This document shows positions 49,766 through 62,090 of a stretch of DNA of 64,000 bases, one piece after another (the stretch's first letter is position 1; each line of letters starts with the position of its first letter). Origin of the DNA: Vicugna vicugna (Eukaryota); NCBI GenBank assembly GCA_013265495.1, contig MU063886.1:1923486-1987485 (forward strand). The letters are read 5' to 3'. The notes beneath the pieces are model-generated. The model searched no databases and was not told the DNA's origin. It saw nothing but the letters and a program-made list of their open reading frames with translations. Both the position numbers and the translations under genes were made by a program.

Positions 49766-50769
49766 CTGTTAGGTTGAATCATTTTAATGGATTCCTCGAA
49801 ATTTTCTATATAAAACATTATGTCATGCAGAAATAAAGTTTTACTTCTTCTTTTATAAACACATACATACATACATACGACCGCCACTGTGGCGAGAAGA
49901 GTCAAGGCACACAAACGGGCTCGACGGGTCTGAATTTGAGGCCTCACTAGGAAAATTCCCGTTACGCCGGGGAGCACGTGAGGCCAACAGCTTTCCTTCA
50001 AAGCCTGCACCTTGCGCCCTGTTCTCTCAAGTCCCATAAGCAGCCCAGGAAGGATACAGCCGGGAGGAGACAGGGCAGGTCTGACGATGGCGCGAACACT
50101 GAGCAGTTACAACCCCAGACCCCAGCATCAGCTCGCTGGCTGCCAACCAAACACCTGGGGAAAACCAGACGTTAGAAAAGTTTACTTTGGGGGGTCCACC
50201 TACCTCCTTGGGTGAACCTCTCTTTTTCCTCTGGATTCCTCTCTCGTACTTTGTAGTCTCCTCGTCCCTGTGACCAGTTCAGGGGAGACTTTCCCCCAAA
50301 TGGCCTTGGTTCTTCACGCAGCACTCAGGTTCTCCGGGCAGACGTCCATCTGACTGTCCAAGGAAAGTCACTGTCACCAACGTGCACTGCCTGTTGGAGG
50401 GGCTGCTAGTTAACACAAATGAGTCTCAGGAGCAGAGGAGCGTGCAGAGTCTGTGCACAGGCCAGAACCTGGGCCCTCTCGCCCGGCTGCCACCACTGCC
50501 CGCCTGCCCTGGTCAGGGCTCTGTGTCGGTGTCATTTTGAAACAGCACCAGCTTCAACGAGTTCTCCTACAGAGACAGCACTGCAGTTGTGCAAGACGGG
50601 AACCCACGTCCCCAGGATGACGCCAAACCAAGAATTTTCAGTCTCCAGAGCTGAAAACACCAATATTGCCCGCAAACCTTTGACAAACCGAGAAGTCCTT
50701 CAGTGAGGCCACTCTAGCTTCCGGTAGCTCTGAGGGCTGATACGGACTGACTGGAGCCTAGCCCACCAG

Positions 50770-50781
50770 CTTCTGACACCA
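50770..50781 (-). promoter_or_regulatory. Partial retroviral primer-binding site (tRNA-Leu)
   Basis: Minus strand TGGTGTCAGAAG = first 12 nt of TGGTGTCAGAAGTGGGAT, complementary to the tRNA-Leu(CAA) 3' end; it lies immediately 3' of the LTR. Confidence 0.6.
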
Positions 50782-51725
50782 AGCCAGGTTCGCTGGCCCG
50801 ACGCACAGCCAGCGCAATGCAGGGACACCCCGTCTGCAGTGAGCAGAGCTTATTCGCCAAGCAGCGAAGACTCAGGAGGCCGGAGCTCACGTCCACCTCC
50901 CGGAGAACAAGGGGCTCAAAGGACCGCAGCCCTGCCGTCAAGGCGTGTGGGACGTGAGGGTCGTGGAGAGTGTGGGGAGCGTGAGGGTCGTGGAGGGAGT
51001 GGGGAGCGTGAGGGTCGTGGAGGGAGTGGGGAGCGTGAGGGGCGTGGGGAACGTGAGGGACGTGAGGGTCGTGGAGGGCGTGAGGGGGCGTGGGGAGCGT
51101 GAGGGACTTGGACGTGGGGGACGTGGAGAGAGTGGGGAGCGTGAGGGGGCGTAGGGTTCGTGAGGAGCGGGAGGGACATGAGGGACGTGCGGGAAGTGGA
51201 GGGCGNNNNNNNNNNNNNNNNNNNNNNNNNNNNNNNNNNNNNNNNNNNNNNNNNNNNNNNNNNNNNNNNNNNNNNNNNNNNNNNNNNNNNNNNNNNNNNN
51301 NNNNNNNNNNNNNNNNNNNNNNNNNNNNNNNNNNNNNNNNNNNNNNNNNNNNNNNNNNNNNNNNNNNNNNNNNNNNNNNNNNNNNNNNNNNNNNNNNNNN
51401 NNNNNNNNNNNNNNNNNNNNNNNNNNNNNNNNNNNNNNNNNNNNNNNNNNNNNNNNNNNNNNNNGGCGTGAGGGTCGTGGAGAGCGTGGGGAGCGTGAGG
51501 GGGCGTAGGGTGCGTGAGGGCGTGAGGGACATGAGGGACGTGCGGGAAGTGGAGGGCGTGGGGAGCGTGAGGAGAATGGGGGAAGGTGATTGGCAAAAGG
51601 GGCGGGAATCCACGTTCTGCGCAGCCGTAATGAGCTGCCGGTAGCTGCGTGGACACTCGCGCATGCCCAGTTGGAGGATCGGAGGTGCTGTCCAGTCTTA
51701 ACCAGCTCAGTTCCAACTCCACGCA
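50782..51725 (-). mobile_element. ERVL-class LTR (MER54/MER73-like) with an expanded internal minisatellite
   Basis: Minus strand begins TGCGTGGAGTTGGAACTGAGCTGGTTAAGAC; R/U5-like GAATAAGCTCTGCTCACTGCAGAC...GCGAACCTGG; followed by a tRNA-Leu PBS match. Confidence 0.65.
50946..51572 (+). repeat. G/CpG-rich minisatellite with a 9-bp monomer (27-bp higher-order unit), spanning a 259-N gap (51206-51464)
   Basis: GTGGGGAGC-GTGAGGGTC-GTGGAGGGA repeats. Confidence 0.92.
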
Positions 51726-51769
51726 GGTGACTCCAAGTTACTAGGAAATGGCTCAGGGGCCAACATCTT

Positions 51770-52050
51770 ACTGTTAGGCCACACGCCGTTCGAGGATGTG
51801 TAAGTCTTAAACGACCTAGGTAGTGATGGCAGGTGAGATGGATTTGACCCACGGTTTCAACTTCCAGGTTTGAAATTTCCCCTAAGCCGTAAATTTCATC
51901 CCAAACCCAGGATCCAGAGACAGACTTGAGCCCTGCCTCCTGTCTCCTTGCCAGTCGACCTCACGATAAAGCTCTTTCTTTTCTCAGTAGCTGGTGCCAT
52001 AGTATTGCCTTCTCTGCGCCTCGGACAGCTGGGTACCAACCCCAATAACA
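51770..52050 (+). mobile_element. ERV1-type LTR 3' portion
   Basis: GAGACAGACTTGAGCCCTGCCTCCTGTCTCCTTGCCAGTCGACCTCACGATAAAGCTC...GGTGCCATAGTATTG...AATAACA. Confidence 0.7.
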
Positions 52051-52352
52051 CCCCTCAGTCCATCCCTCACTCTCAGACTCACTGCTTAGGCATGCCCTCT
52101 GTCTCAGGCTCTGCTTCCCGGGGAATGCTGGCTGAGATAACTAGGAGGGAAATGTTCTGGTTGCCCTTGGGCACGTCACCCTCTCCCTTCCCGCACAGCT
52201 CCACCCCACTGTGCCCCTGGGTGTCCAGCACTCAGCAGCCTCCAACACCCACCTCCCCTTCACAAGCCTCGCTCCTTGTTCCCTGTTCCATTTATCTTGC
52301 TTTTCTTTAGAGACACCCCCACCCCGCATCCATCTGTTCTGCCTTCTCTCTT

Positions 52353-52805
52353 TGTGTTAGTTTCCTATGGCTGCTATAAAAAATTACTACAAACTTAGTG
52401 GCTTAAAACAACCAAAATGTATTATCTCATGGTTCTGGAGTACGGACGTCCAGAATAGGTTTTCCTGAGCTAAAAGAAGGGTGAGGGGTCACGCTGCCTA
52501 CAGCAGCTGTAGGAGAGAATGTTTCCTTGCCTTTGCCAGGATCTCGAGGACGCCTGAATTCCAGCAATCGCATTGCTCCAACTTCTGTTTGCATGGTCAC
52601 ATCTTTTTTGACCCTCCTGCCTCCCTCTTCTGTCTTTTAAGGACCCTTGAGATTACACTGGGTCCATCTGAGTCACCCAGGATAAATTCATCTGAGAGTC
52701 CTTAACTTACTGACATCTGCAAAATCTCTTTAGCCATGTAAAATATTCACCTGTCTCTGGAATTAGGACTTGGACATCTTGAGGGTCAATGAATTCCCTA
52801 CCACA
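52353..52805 (-). mobile_element. MaLR solo LTR (MLT1C/D-like) with 5-bp TSD
   Basis: TGTGTTAGTTTCCTATGGCTGCTATAA...AATTAGGACTTGGACATCTTGAGGG...CTACCACA; TSD CTCTT at 52348-52352 and 52806-52810. Confidence 0.92.
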
Positions 52806-53299
52806 CTCTTTAAACTTAGAGCATTGTTTTAATTTAAAAAAAAAAGTAATTCCTCAAAATCTTCCTCTCTGCCCATTTCAGCATCCTAAATCCCATTTTC
52901 TCAGCTGGGAGGGCACCTCTCCTTTAAGACGGATTCACAGCTACAGGGGTAAACATGCACAGCAAACATGTTTAGAAGTCGTCCTCTCAGACCTCCCTAT
53001 TAGTATGCAAGGACTTCAGACATGGCAGTTAACATTTTACTATATTAACCTACATATATTTCAATTCACGTTTTTAGGGAGTGGATTCTTAGGATTATTC
53101 CATCCTGGAAACATAATGAAGTATTATTCCCTTACATATTTACAAGAGTTGGGATTTTATAAACTCCATTGTCTTCTCCTACAGTCAAAACAATTGTCAA
53201 GGTCAAGAAATTTTGCCTCAAATCTCATATTTTCTTTTGTTGCAATGGAAAACCACCACCACCTTGTGCATAAATATCTTTAAGGCATGTGAAAATTAT

Positions 53300-53410
53300 G
53301 CCCAGAATCACAGAATTTAGGTCTAAAGGAGCTGCATGGAGTTTGTCCCCTCATTTTCCAAATAAGCAAACGGGACCAGAAAGAGAGAAGGTCTTCAAAT
53401 CCAGCTACTA
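53300..53410 (-). mobile_element. MIR fragment
   Basis: CAGAATCACAGAATTTAGG...CCCCTCATTTTCCAAATAAGCAAAC. Confidence 0.5.
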
Positions 53411-56291
53411 TGGGAGTTGTCTTCAGGAGAAATAGTCCCAGTTCTTTTCATGTTTCTCCCACCATTCTCGCCTTCATCCATCACTTTTTTTCTAGGTTTC
53501 CTTGAACTTCTGGCAAGGGCCAAGCCTTCCACATGGTATAACACCAGTTGAGGCCTGGTCATCAGAGCATCACCCCCCGCCCCCCCAAACCCCACACACA
53601 GCTGTGGAAATTCATCCATCCAGACCACATTCCTTGGCAAGCTCAGGAGCCAGGGAAACTGGAAGGTGAACGTGTCTTTCTCTCTCTCAGGCACACAGTC
53701 TGAGGGCGAATCAGGAAGCATTTCTTTCTTTTGGTCATATGCCCCTCTGTAGTAAACTGCAAAAGCCAAAACATTTGGTCCACGGAAGTGAGCAAGACAC
53801 TGCAGAGGTCTGTGGTATCTGAGGCCAGGCAGGTCCATGGGTCACAGTGCAAGAAACTGACATGTGATGCATCCAATCACATGCATCAGCTGGAACTCTG
53901 CTGCAAAGACATATGGGAAATTCCCTCATCGTTGTGAAATGCCTCTGGCCTAGTTCCAAGCCTCTTTGGTGGGCTTGTGACACAGGCTTCCCTGCCTATC
54001 CAATCAGAGGTGGGTTCTACCTCCTGGTCCCCACCCATCGCATGACCCTGTTCCATTTCTTTACAACTGCATGTATTTTTATGTTTCCTATCTGCTCCTC
54101 CCTATTTCCTCTTTCCCCACAAGATTCCCTGCATTTGCTCATTTTTTTCCTTCATTTTTGTCCATATCAAGTTTATCCTCAGGTGTGGCTGCCGGGAAGC
54201 AGGTAGGGTTGGCTGTTGTTCTGGATGAACATAGATGTGTATTTCATGTCCATTTCTCTCCTTTAACCTTCCGAATTTGCAGCCATCTGTTTCTTTGGGA
54301 AGCCTCCCACCTGCATTGTGTGGCTGCCCTGGGGCTGAGCCCTGAGTGGAGGAAGCCAGCCCAGAAAATCCCATCTCCCTTGAATCAGCCAATCAGCTCA
54401 TGTCTTTCCTGTGTCCTAGGGGGCTGGTACTGAGGTCTCAGGAGGCATGAAAATCAGCCCTTCTGTGGGACGCGGCTCTCTGTCTGTGTATGTGAATGAG
54501 GAAGCCCAAAGCCCCTATTTCTGCTGCCAGCAGCCACTTTACCATTAAGAGGGAAGCACCTTTCAAAGTAGAATTTTGTAACAATATTTTCAGTCCATCA
54601 CAGAAATCTCTCATAAAATCAGTTCTTTGTTTGAAAAAAATTGTACTCTGTAAGATACATTACATGTGTGCATAGACTTATAATTTGGTGGGAAACTTGT
54701 GGCTGGTGTGAGATTTAGGGGTGAAGTCCTATCCCTATGTACTTATAGTTGTGCAGAATCTTCAGTGAGCTTTTCCCAAATTTTAAACCAGTACTTCATG
54801 AGGGCAAATGAGAAGAAAAACCTCATGTCTGAATGGCTTTTTGCAGCATCCATCCAAACACGCTGCTTTCCACTTTGAATTATTAAAAAAGTTGGTTTTG
54901 ATTCAGAGAATTGTTTTATAGGGAGGGAGGAAGACACTTTTGGCTGCATTCCTTCCAGAGAGGGATGGGTCAAGATATATCTGGACAATGTGTTCAGATG
55001 AAAAAAATTCAAAAGTGGCTCATGTTTAGGAGGAGAAAAACGAAAATGTGTATTTTGTAAAGTTTGAGGGTTTTAGGTTTTCCAGATTTCCACAGTTTTT
55101 AAAATTTTTTTCTGTAACTTGTAGACTTATTTCTCCCCTGGTTTTGGGCAGAGTAAGTATTATTACAGAAATTAAAAAGTCATTGGATTTTTCTCTGGCA
55201 ACAAAAGTGTTTAAGTATTGAATTGGGATATAGATTTTTAATAGGTTCAATGTGTTAATGCACTTTAAAAATTTGTTATCAATTTCTTTTTTATTATCAA
55301 AATGTTAGGGCTAAACAGATTTTGTTGGCTGGCTCATCTTTTGGTTTTACAGATAACAAAATGGAAATCAAGAAGGGTGATAAGTCTTGTCTCAATTCTC
55401 CAACATTTGGCCCCAAACTCTCACTAAACTGTTATATGGTTTTCCTCTTCCCAGAAGCATCTTCTCAGGGAAACACCATCTTACATAAGCTGATCAGTGC
55501 TCCTGGCTTCACCTGAGCTAAAAACCTGACACCACCCCACCTCTGGCTGACATTCTAGGCGTATATCTTACTAGTGAATTTGTAGAAACACCAAGAATTT
55601 GATCAGGCAGGAAGTTTGAACTCTGGTCCTCAGTTGAAGTTCCTTCACTCCACACAGGTTTTCTAACATTAAGTATTTCTCCAGCTCTGTCTTCCCCCTT
55701 TATAAGCCCCCGAGCCTGCACTCTGATAAATGTATAGCACACCACACTAGCCCTAAAGGGAAAATACTGACTACCACAAGGTCCGTGAGGGCTTTCTCAC
55801 CCCAGCTGTTTACTCCAGGTTTCTAAGCTCTGAGACATGGAAACAGTCCTCAAGCAGGTGGCCAGGACTCAGCGTCCAGCAGATGGTTTCATCAGGGAGG
55901 GCAGGCAGGAAGGGGACTTGAGGGCAAGTCTTCTGGACTTGTGAGGCTCATCGTGTGCTGAGAAGAAAGAGGAAAGATATGTGCACAGTCGGGAGTGGAA
56001 GGAGGGTCAGGGCTGAGCTAGGAAAGTGAGCAGAACTGGTCAGGGAGACCAGGGGCACGGCATAGAGGTGAGGGAGTGGAAGGCAGTCTTCAGCGATGGG
56101 GCACAAAGTCAGGTAGGAGGAGGTTTGAGGAGTCAGGAGTTTTTGAAGGAGAAAGTTTGTACCAAAACTCTGTTGGGACAGCAGGGACCTAGACCAACCA
56201 AGGAGAGCAGAAGTAAGGGGTATAGGAAGCAGCATTTGAGATGAATTTCTCATCCTTTTCACGACTCCACTCACTTCACTTTTTCTCCCTA

Positions 56292-56789
56292 TGTTATGGG
56301 TTGCATTGTGTCCCCCCAAAAATGTATGTTGAAGCCTTAAACCCCAGCACTGCAGGTGACCTTATGTGGAAATAGGGTTGTTGCCAATGTAATTAGTTAA
56401 GATGAGGTCACACTGGAGTAGGGTGGGCCCTTAATCCGATGTGACTGGGTTCCTTATAAGAGGAGGGAAATTCAGACACAGACACACAGAGAGAGGAGAA
56501 AGACATGAAGACACAGATGTTGGCCATGTGAAGACAGAGGCAGAGACTGGAATCATGCTGCTCTAAGCCAAGGAACATCTGGGGCCACAAGAAGATGGAA
56601 GAAATGAAGAAAATGAAAGAGGCTTGGAAATAAAAGAAAACAAAAGAAGAGGCTTCAGAGAGACCACGACCCTGCCGACACCTTGAATTTGGACCTCCAG
56701 CCTCCAGAACTACAAACAATGAATTTCTGAGGTTGTAAGGCACCCAGTTTGTTGTACTTTTCTGATGGAAATCCTAGAAAATGAACATA
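56292..56789 (+). mobile_element. MaLR solo LTR (MLT1B/C-like)
   Basis: TGTTATGGGTTGCATTGTGTCCCCCC...GACCTTATGTGGAAATAGGG...CCTTAATCCGATGTGACTGG...GACCTCCAGCCTCCAGAACT. Confidence 0.9.
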
Positions 56790-57339
56790 GTACTTTGATG
56801 ATTTTCAATCTCAGCCAGTTAAAGGAGAGAGAAAGATATTTTAAACTCATAATTTGGATTAATTAGCCAAAATCTACCCAGACAGCCACTGTCCCCAGGG
56901 GCAGGCTGTGTGTGCACCCCACAGATTTTGATGCAGGACCCTCCTTGGGTTGGAGAGAGGATGCCCTCAATATTGATTTCTTTAAAGAGATCTTTCTCGC
57001 TGAAATCTTTTCTCACCAGCCCTTGTTATCCTTTTATATTCTCAAAGGGGTTGAAAGAATCTAAGTGTGGCAGAGCAAGTCCTCAGAAATTCCTGATGAA
57101 TATCTGCATGCAGTGATTTGTCACCTCTGTTTGAAAGTTCACATCTGTTCGATCTTGGTGCTTAGACAGGACTTTATTCCAACACATGTTGAAAGATTGT
57201 AAGACAACAAAGGCTTGCAAACATGATCAAGGAATGAGAATCTATTTTTAAAAAAAAGGAGAGATTTGAAAAAAGAACCAGATACAATTTCCAGACATGC
57301 AATGGGTAAGGCTTGACTGCCACAGGAAGGGACCTGACA

Positions 57340-57935
57340 ATAATTCAGTCGGTTAAAGAAAATGCTGGTTTATTTGTCTTATGTAATAGACTGAGGTGAC
57401 CATTCTGGGTTGGCGGGCAGCTCTGCTCCACGTGGTCATTCCGTCTTGTTTCTCAGTCATCCCTTAGGACATTAACCTCATCTGGTCACACGTACTGGTG
57501 ACAGAACAGTTTTTTTTCCCCCTGATCCTTTGTGAACTATTACTTTTATAAAATACAAAAAAAAAATTCTTGCAAAAAGATTACATGCTTAGGTACAGTG
57601 ACCATGTTGAATTGCTATAAAGCAGCAATGAAGTCAAAATGGTTTTCTCTCCATTTTTTAATGAATCCCCTTGTAAACCATGGTATTGTATGGACCTTTG
57701 AGTAGTACTTTTTCATCTCACAAGAGGGAGACAAGGTATGGAAGAGACATACCCGTTGCACACACCACTCCCATGCTCGTCAGTTGAAAGCTTCGTCACA
57801 TGGCCACATCCAACTGCAAAGCTGTCTGGGAAATGCCAGGTAGCTGAGCAGCCCTGTGTCCAACTATAATTGTATTAATACAGAAGAAGGAGAGGATGCA
57901 TTATTGTGTACAGTTAGTTGTCTCCATCACAGATG
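57340..57935. mobile_element. Old MaLR LTR split by a hAT-Charlie-like fragment (~57500-57712)
   Basis: GCTCTGCTCCACGTGGTCATTC and GTCACATGGCCACATCCAACTGCAAAG...GGGAAATG flank an AT-rich piece ending GGACCTTTGAGTAGTACT. Confidence 0.55.
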
Positions 57936-57959
57936 GGTTACAGAGCATATTGGGCAGAG

Positions 57960-58160
57960 TGCATCAGAACATCAATGAAACGAAGGATAGAACCAAAGAG
58001 ATGATCCAGAAGACCCTCCAGAGGCAAATGGAAATATAAAAGATGTGAATCTTGGAAAAGGCACAACAGGATGGGGAAGAGATAATACTTAAAGCAATAT
58101 AGGCCAAGAATTTTCTAGAACTGTTGGGAGATGCCAACACTCAGATTCACGAAGCACTAT
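57960..58160 (+). mobile_element. Ancient L1 ORF1 fragment
   Basis: GAGATAATACTTAAAGCAATATAGGCCAAGAATTTTCTAGAACTG...ACTCAGATTCACGAAGCAC (ORF1 ENFPEL-type region). Confidence 0.55.
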
Positions 58161-58164
58161 GAGT

Positions 58165-58345
58165 CCCACACTGGGCACTGTTATAAAGGCTTTATATATT
58201 AACACATTCGATGTGCACAGCAACTCCATGGGGAAAGTAGTGTTATCATCACCATTTTACAGAGAAAAAATTCAAGGCTCAGAGAGGTTAAGTGACTTGC
58301 CCAATGCCACACAGCTAGCAAGGAATAGAGGTAGGTTTCCACAGT
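58165..58345 (-). mobile_element. MIR SINE
   Basis: CACCATTTTACAGAGAAAAAATTCAAGGCTCAGAGAGGTTAAGTGACTTGCCCAATGCCACACAGC. Confidence 0.9.
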
Positions 58346-58393
58346 CTCTTACCACAATACTCTGTTAACCTTCAAAAGGTCTGTACTGTTTTA

Positions 58394-58905
58394 ATGAATG
58401 GGTACAGAAGACATGGTGTATATATACAATGGAATACTACTCAGCCATGAAAAGAATGGAATAATGCCACTTGCAGTAACATGAATGGACCTAGAGATGC
58501 TCATACCAAGTGAAGTAAGTCAGAGAAAGACAAATGTCATATGATATCACTTACATGTGGAATCTGAAAAAATGACACCAATGAATTTACTTACAAAGCA
58601 GAGAGACTCACAGACATGAAACTTATGGTTCCATGAAAAACAAACATATGGTTACCAAAGGGGAAAGGGGGTGGGGGGATAAATGAGGAGTTTGGGATTA
58701 GCAGATACAAACTACTATATATAAAACAGATAAACAACAAAATCCTACTGTACGGCACAGGGAACTATATTCAATATCTAATAATAACCTATAATGAAAA
58801 AGAATATGAAAAGGCATATGTGTGTATAACTGAATCACTTTGCTATACATCGGAAACTAATATAACACAGTAAATCAACTATACTTCAATTAAAAATAAT
58901 TTTTT
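58394..58905 (+). mobile_element. 5'-truncated L1 3' end with approximate TSD
   Basis: Typical ORF2 end and 3' UTR; TCTGTACTGTTTTA (58380-58393) / TCTGTACTGCTTTTA (58910-58924). Confidence 0.9.
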
Positions 58906-61529
58906 AAAATCTGTACTGCTTTTATAAGAACAAAGCTTATGCTTTAAAAATTATACTGAGTATTTTTATTTATGTCTAATTATTCACCTAAAAACTTTCT
59001 CTAGGTCAGTAGACCATATATGACTTTACCCTAAATATTAAATTCACACTACTGGGAAATTGGTAAAATTGGTGTACATTTCCATAAGTTCATCCCAGAA
59101 ACTCACCTCCCAAAATAAAAATAAACCAAAATCAGAGAAGGGAACCTCATTTACAGTGGAATTGGGAAACAGCTGCAGCCTGGACACCACACCCTGAAGC
59201 CTCTGCCGCAGGCACTGCCTGCGCTCATCCAGTTATTAGAGAGACCTTGGAGCCAGGGTCACTGCACCAGTTCTCAGTGACCACACGGAGGTGCCATCTT
59301 CTGTGGCCTGAGAGGCAGCTCAAGAGACCGTCTTGCTCTGCCTCCCAGAGGGACAGAAGCATTCGGCCCCCTTCCTCCTTCCCAGGGCTCCTCTCTCCAC
59401 CCCAAGCCATGCAACAGGGAGCAAGCATGCCTCCTAGTCGCAGCTCCCTTACTAAGATGCTGTGCAACCCCCTGCAAACCACTCTACCTCTCTGGACTTC
59501 TGTGTCCTCACCAAAACTGAGAGGTCTGATTTGTATCAGCTGTTTTCAGATTTTCTCAAAACGTACTCTTTCTCTCCTCCCAAAACATGAGCCAGAAATT
59601 GCATATGTGCAAGGGAAAGAAAATCACACCACGGCAGCTGAATCAGAGAGGGAGGGGTGCAGGCCCTGCCCTCCAGGCCTTCCCATCCCATCCTGTGGAC
59701 TGGGAACAAGAACCCTTCAGACTCCTCAGAGCAGTTCTGTGATTTCTGGACATCCTTTCCAGCTGTAATAGCTGATAATTCTCTCAGGAGCCAGACAACT
59801 AAAGATTGGTCTCTGCTCTCTTTGGAAAAGAACCGTAAAGAGGAGGGGGAGGCGGGGGAGGGGGAGATGGAAAGGGGGAAAGGGAGAAAGAAAACCCAAA
59901 AAGCACATTCAAACAAGAGTTCCAAGTTACAACTGTCTCTGCTTAGTGAATAATTAACATGAAGTAACTAAATAAGACATTTACTAACAAGAATTATGTA
60001 GCCATATTCCTTTATGCCCCATCCCATTAAAATGTCCTGCAGAGAGAGCACCATTCATAGGCCATGGGTCTCACCTGGGGACCAGGCGGAGGAGGGAAGC
60101 CAAGATGCCAATCCCTGGAGGCCCAGGCAGGTGGCTGGCGACGACTCTGGCTTAAACCAGACAAACATGTCAGCATCTCATTCCTCCACCTGAAAATTGA
60201 CATCGGCCCTCGGTGTAAGCAAGCCTGAAGAACACTAGTAATCTGGAAACAGGGAGCAGGAACAAAAATACTCCTCTGTCTCGAGGGCAACAAAATAAAA
60301 AGGGCTTCTTTTTATTCGGGCCATAAGAAAAGAATTACTCACTTTAAGCGCTCAAGCTGACATTTTCATGAGAAAACAAATTTGGACGATTTCACTTACT
60401 GCTCACAAATGCTGAATGACCTGGAGAGAGAACTCAGCAGCACCCCCACCGCCCTCTCCCCCGCCTCCCGGACACAGCTGTTACTGCACACTCGGCTCTT
60501 TCTCCTCCCTATGGCTCCCTCGGGGTGCCTATAACACACTTCCACTTATTTATTTGGGAGTAATTTGGAGACATGAGTATTGTGTCTATCTGCCATGTGT
60601 TTTTTCTCAACATCAGTAGCAAAGTAATTCTTACACTTACGCTGCACTGAGGCTGTTACTGTGACAGTGCGTTGATGCTGCAGAAAATAGCCCATTAGTT
60701 CCATCTCAAAGGGGCTGTCCCTTCCCAGAGCGACCTCTGCTTCCGCTCCACCCCCGTCCTCATAAACCTGGTGCCCCTCACTGTTTGTCCCTGTCCCCTG
60801 GTCCTGATCTTCTCTCAGACGTTCAAACTCACTTTATTGCATCAAATCCAAGATCTCACCATTTCCAAAATGCTCCACTGTTTTCTATCACTTTAGGAAA
60901 TAAAAATTCCTGCCGGTGGAACTTTGACACTATGCTATCTCAACATTCAGAATGGTTATACTCATCATAAAGGGTTTTTTTAGGCTTAGTTAACATAGGA
61001 CAGAGCTGTCTATGGCTCTTGTGCCCACTTAAAATGAAAATACATGCCCAATGAATTGATGGTGGTCTTTCTAAAATCTCTCCCCATTGGGAAGCCAGCA
61101 CTTATGAGTTGCTTTTCAACTCTGAGTCTTCAGTGTCTGTGCACATCCGTGTTTCTTCATCCTGCACCCTCCAGAGTGTTGGTGACACTGGGTTTCTTAA
61201 GATGGGTCCTCTGTTGTCTCCAAGATTTTCCTCCAGTCCTGGATGTGCATCCTGGACATTTTGAAGCTGGCACTTCCTTGGTCTAACAGGAGACGTCCAT
61301 GCAAGTTTTCAGAAGACAACTGAGACTCAAATTCTTCCTCAGAATAGCTCTTAAATTGCCCCATCACACCACCCTAAACACCAGTGGAATTCTCACGTGT
61401 GCAGGGAATGACAAAACAGCACAACTTCCACCTGACCAAAGTGAGGGTGAGAGGCCATCAATGCTAAATCATCCCAAATCCAGAAATGTGAACGTGTCTT
61501 AACCCTGAGAGGCTCCAGGGTGTATCAAA

Positions 61530-62090
61530 AGATGACTGGATAAAGGTGTGTGTGTGTGTGTATACACACACAGGCACCAAGTGGAATACTACTCAGCCAT
61601 AAAAAAGAATGAAATAATGTCATTTGCATCAACACAGGTGGACCTAGAGATTATCATATTAAGTGAAGTCAGACAGAGAAAGACAAATATCATATGATAT
61701 TACTCATATGCAGAATCCCCCCCAAAATGATACAAATCTTATTTACAAACCAAAAATAAACTCACGGACATAGAAAACAAACTATGGTTACCAAAGGGGA
61801 AAGGGTAGGAGGAGGGATAAATTAGAAATTTCGGATTAGCAGATACACATTACTATGTATAAAATAGATAAACAACAAAGACCTACTGTAGAGCACAGGC
61901 AAGTAGATTCAATTTCTTGTAATAAAATATAATGGAAGAGAATATATATATATATANNNNNNNNNNNNNNNNNNNNNNNNNNNNNTATATATATATGAGT
62001 ATGTATAACTGAATCACTTTGCTATAGGCCCGAAACTAACACTGTAAATCAACTACACTTCAATAAAAAACAAAAGAAAAAAATTAAAAA
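61530..62090 (+). mobile_element. 5'-truncated L1 3' end; (TA)n run with a short N gap (~61957-61985)
   Basis: GGAATACTACTCAGCCATAAAAAAGAATG...ACTATGGTTACCAAAGGGG...CAACTACACTTCAATAAAAAA. Confidence 0.9.

Noticed and set aside
50714-51852. Overlapping 184-316-aa ORFs on both strands
   Set aside because: Produced by a stop-poor 9-bp-period minisatellite plus an N gap inside an LTR.
56600-56655. A/G-rich insert in an MLT1 LTR
   Set aside because: Looks like a local slippage duplication (...AAAGAGGC twice); no further significance.
61553-61572. 20-bp perfect palindrome TGTGTGTGTATACACACACA
   Set aside because: Microsatellite expansion at a TATA-rich site inside an L1; common.
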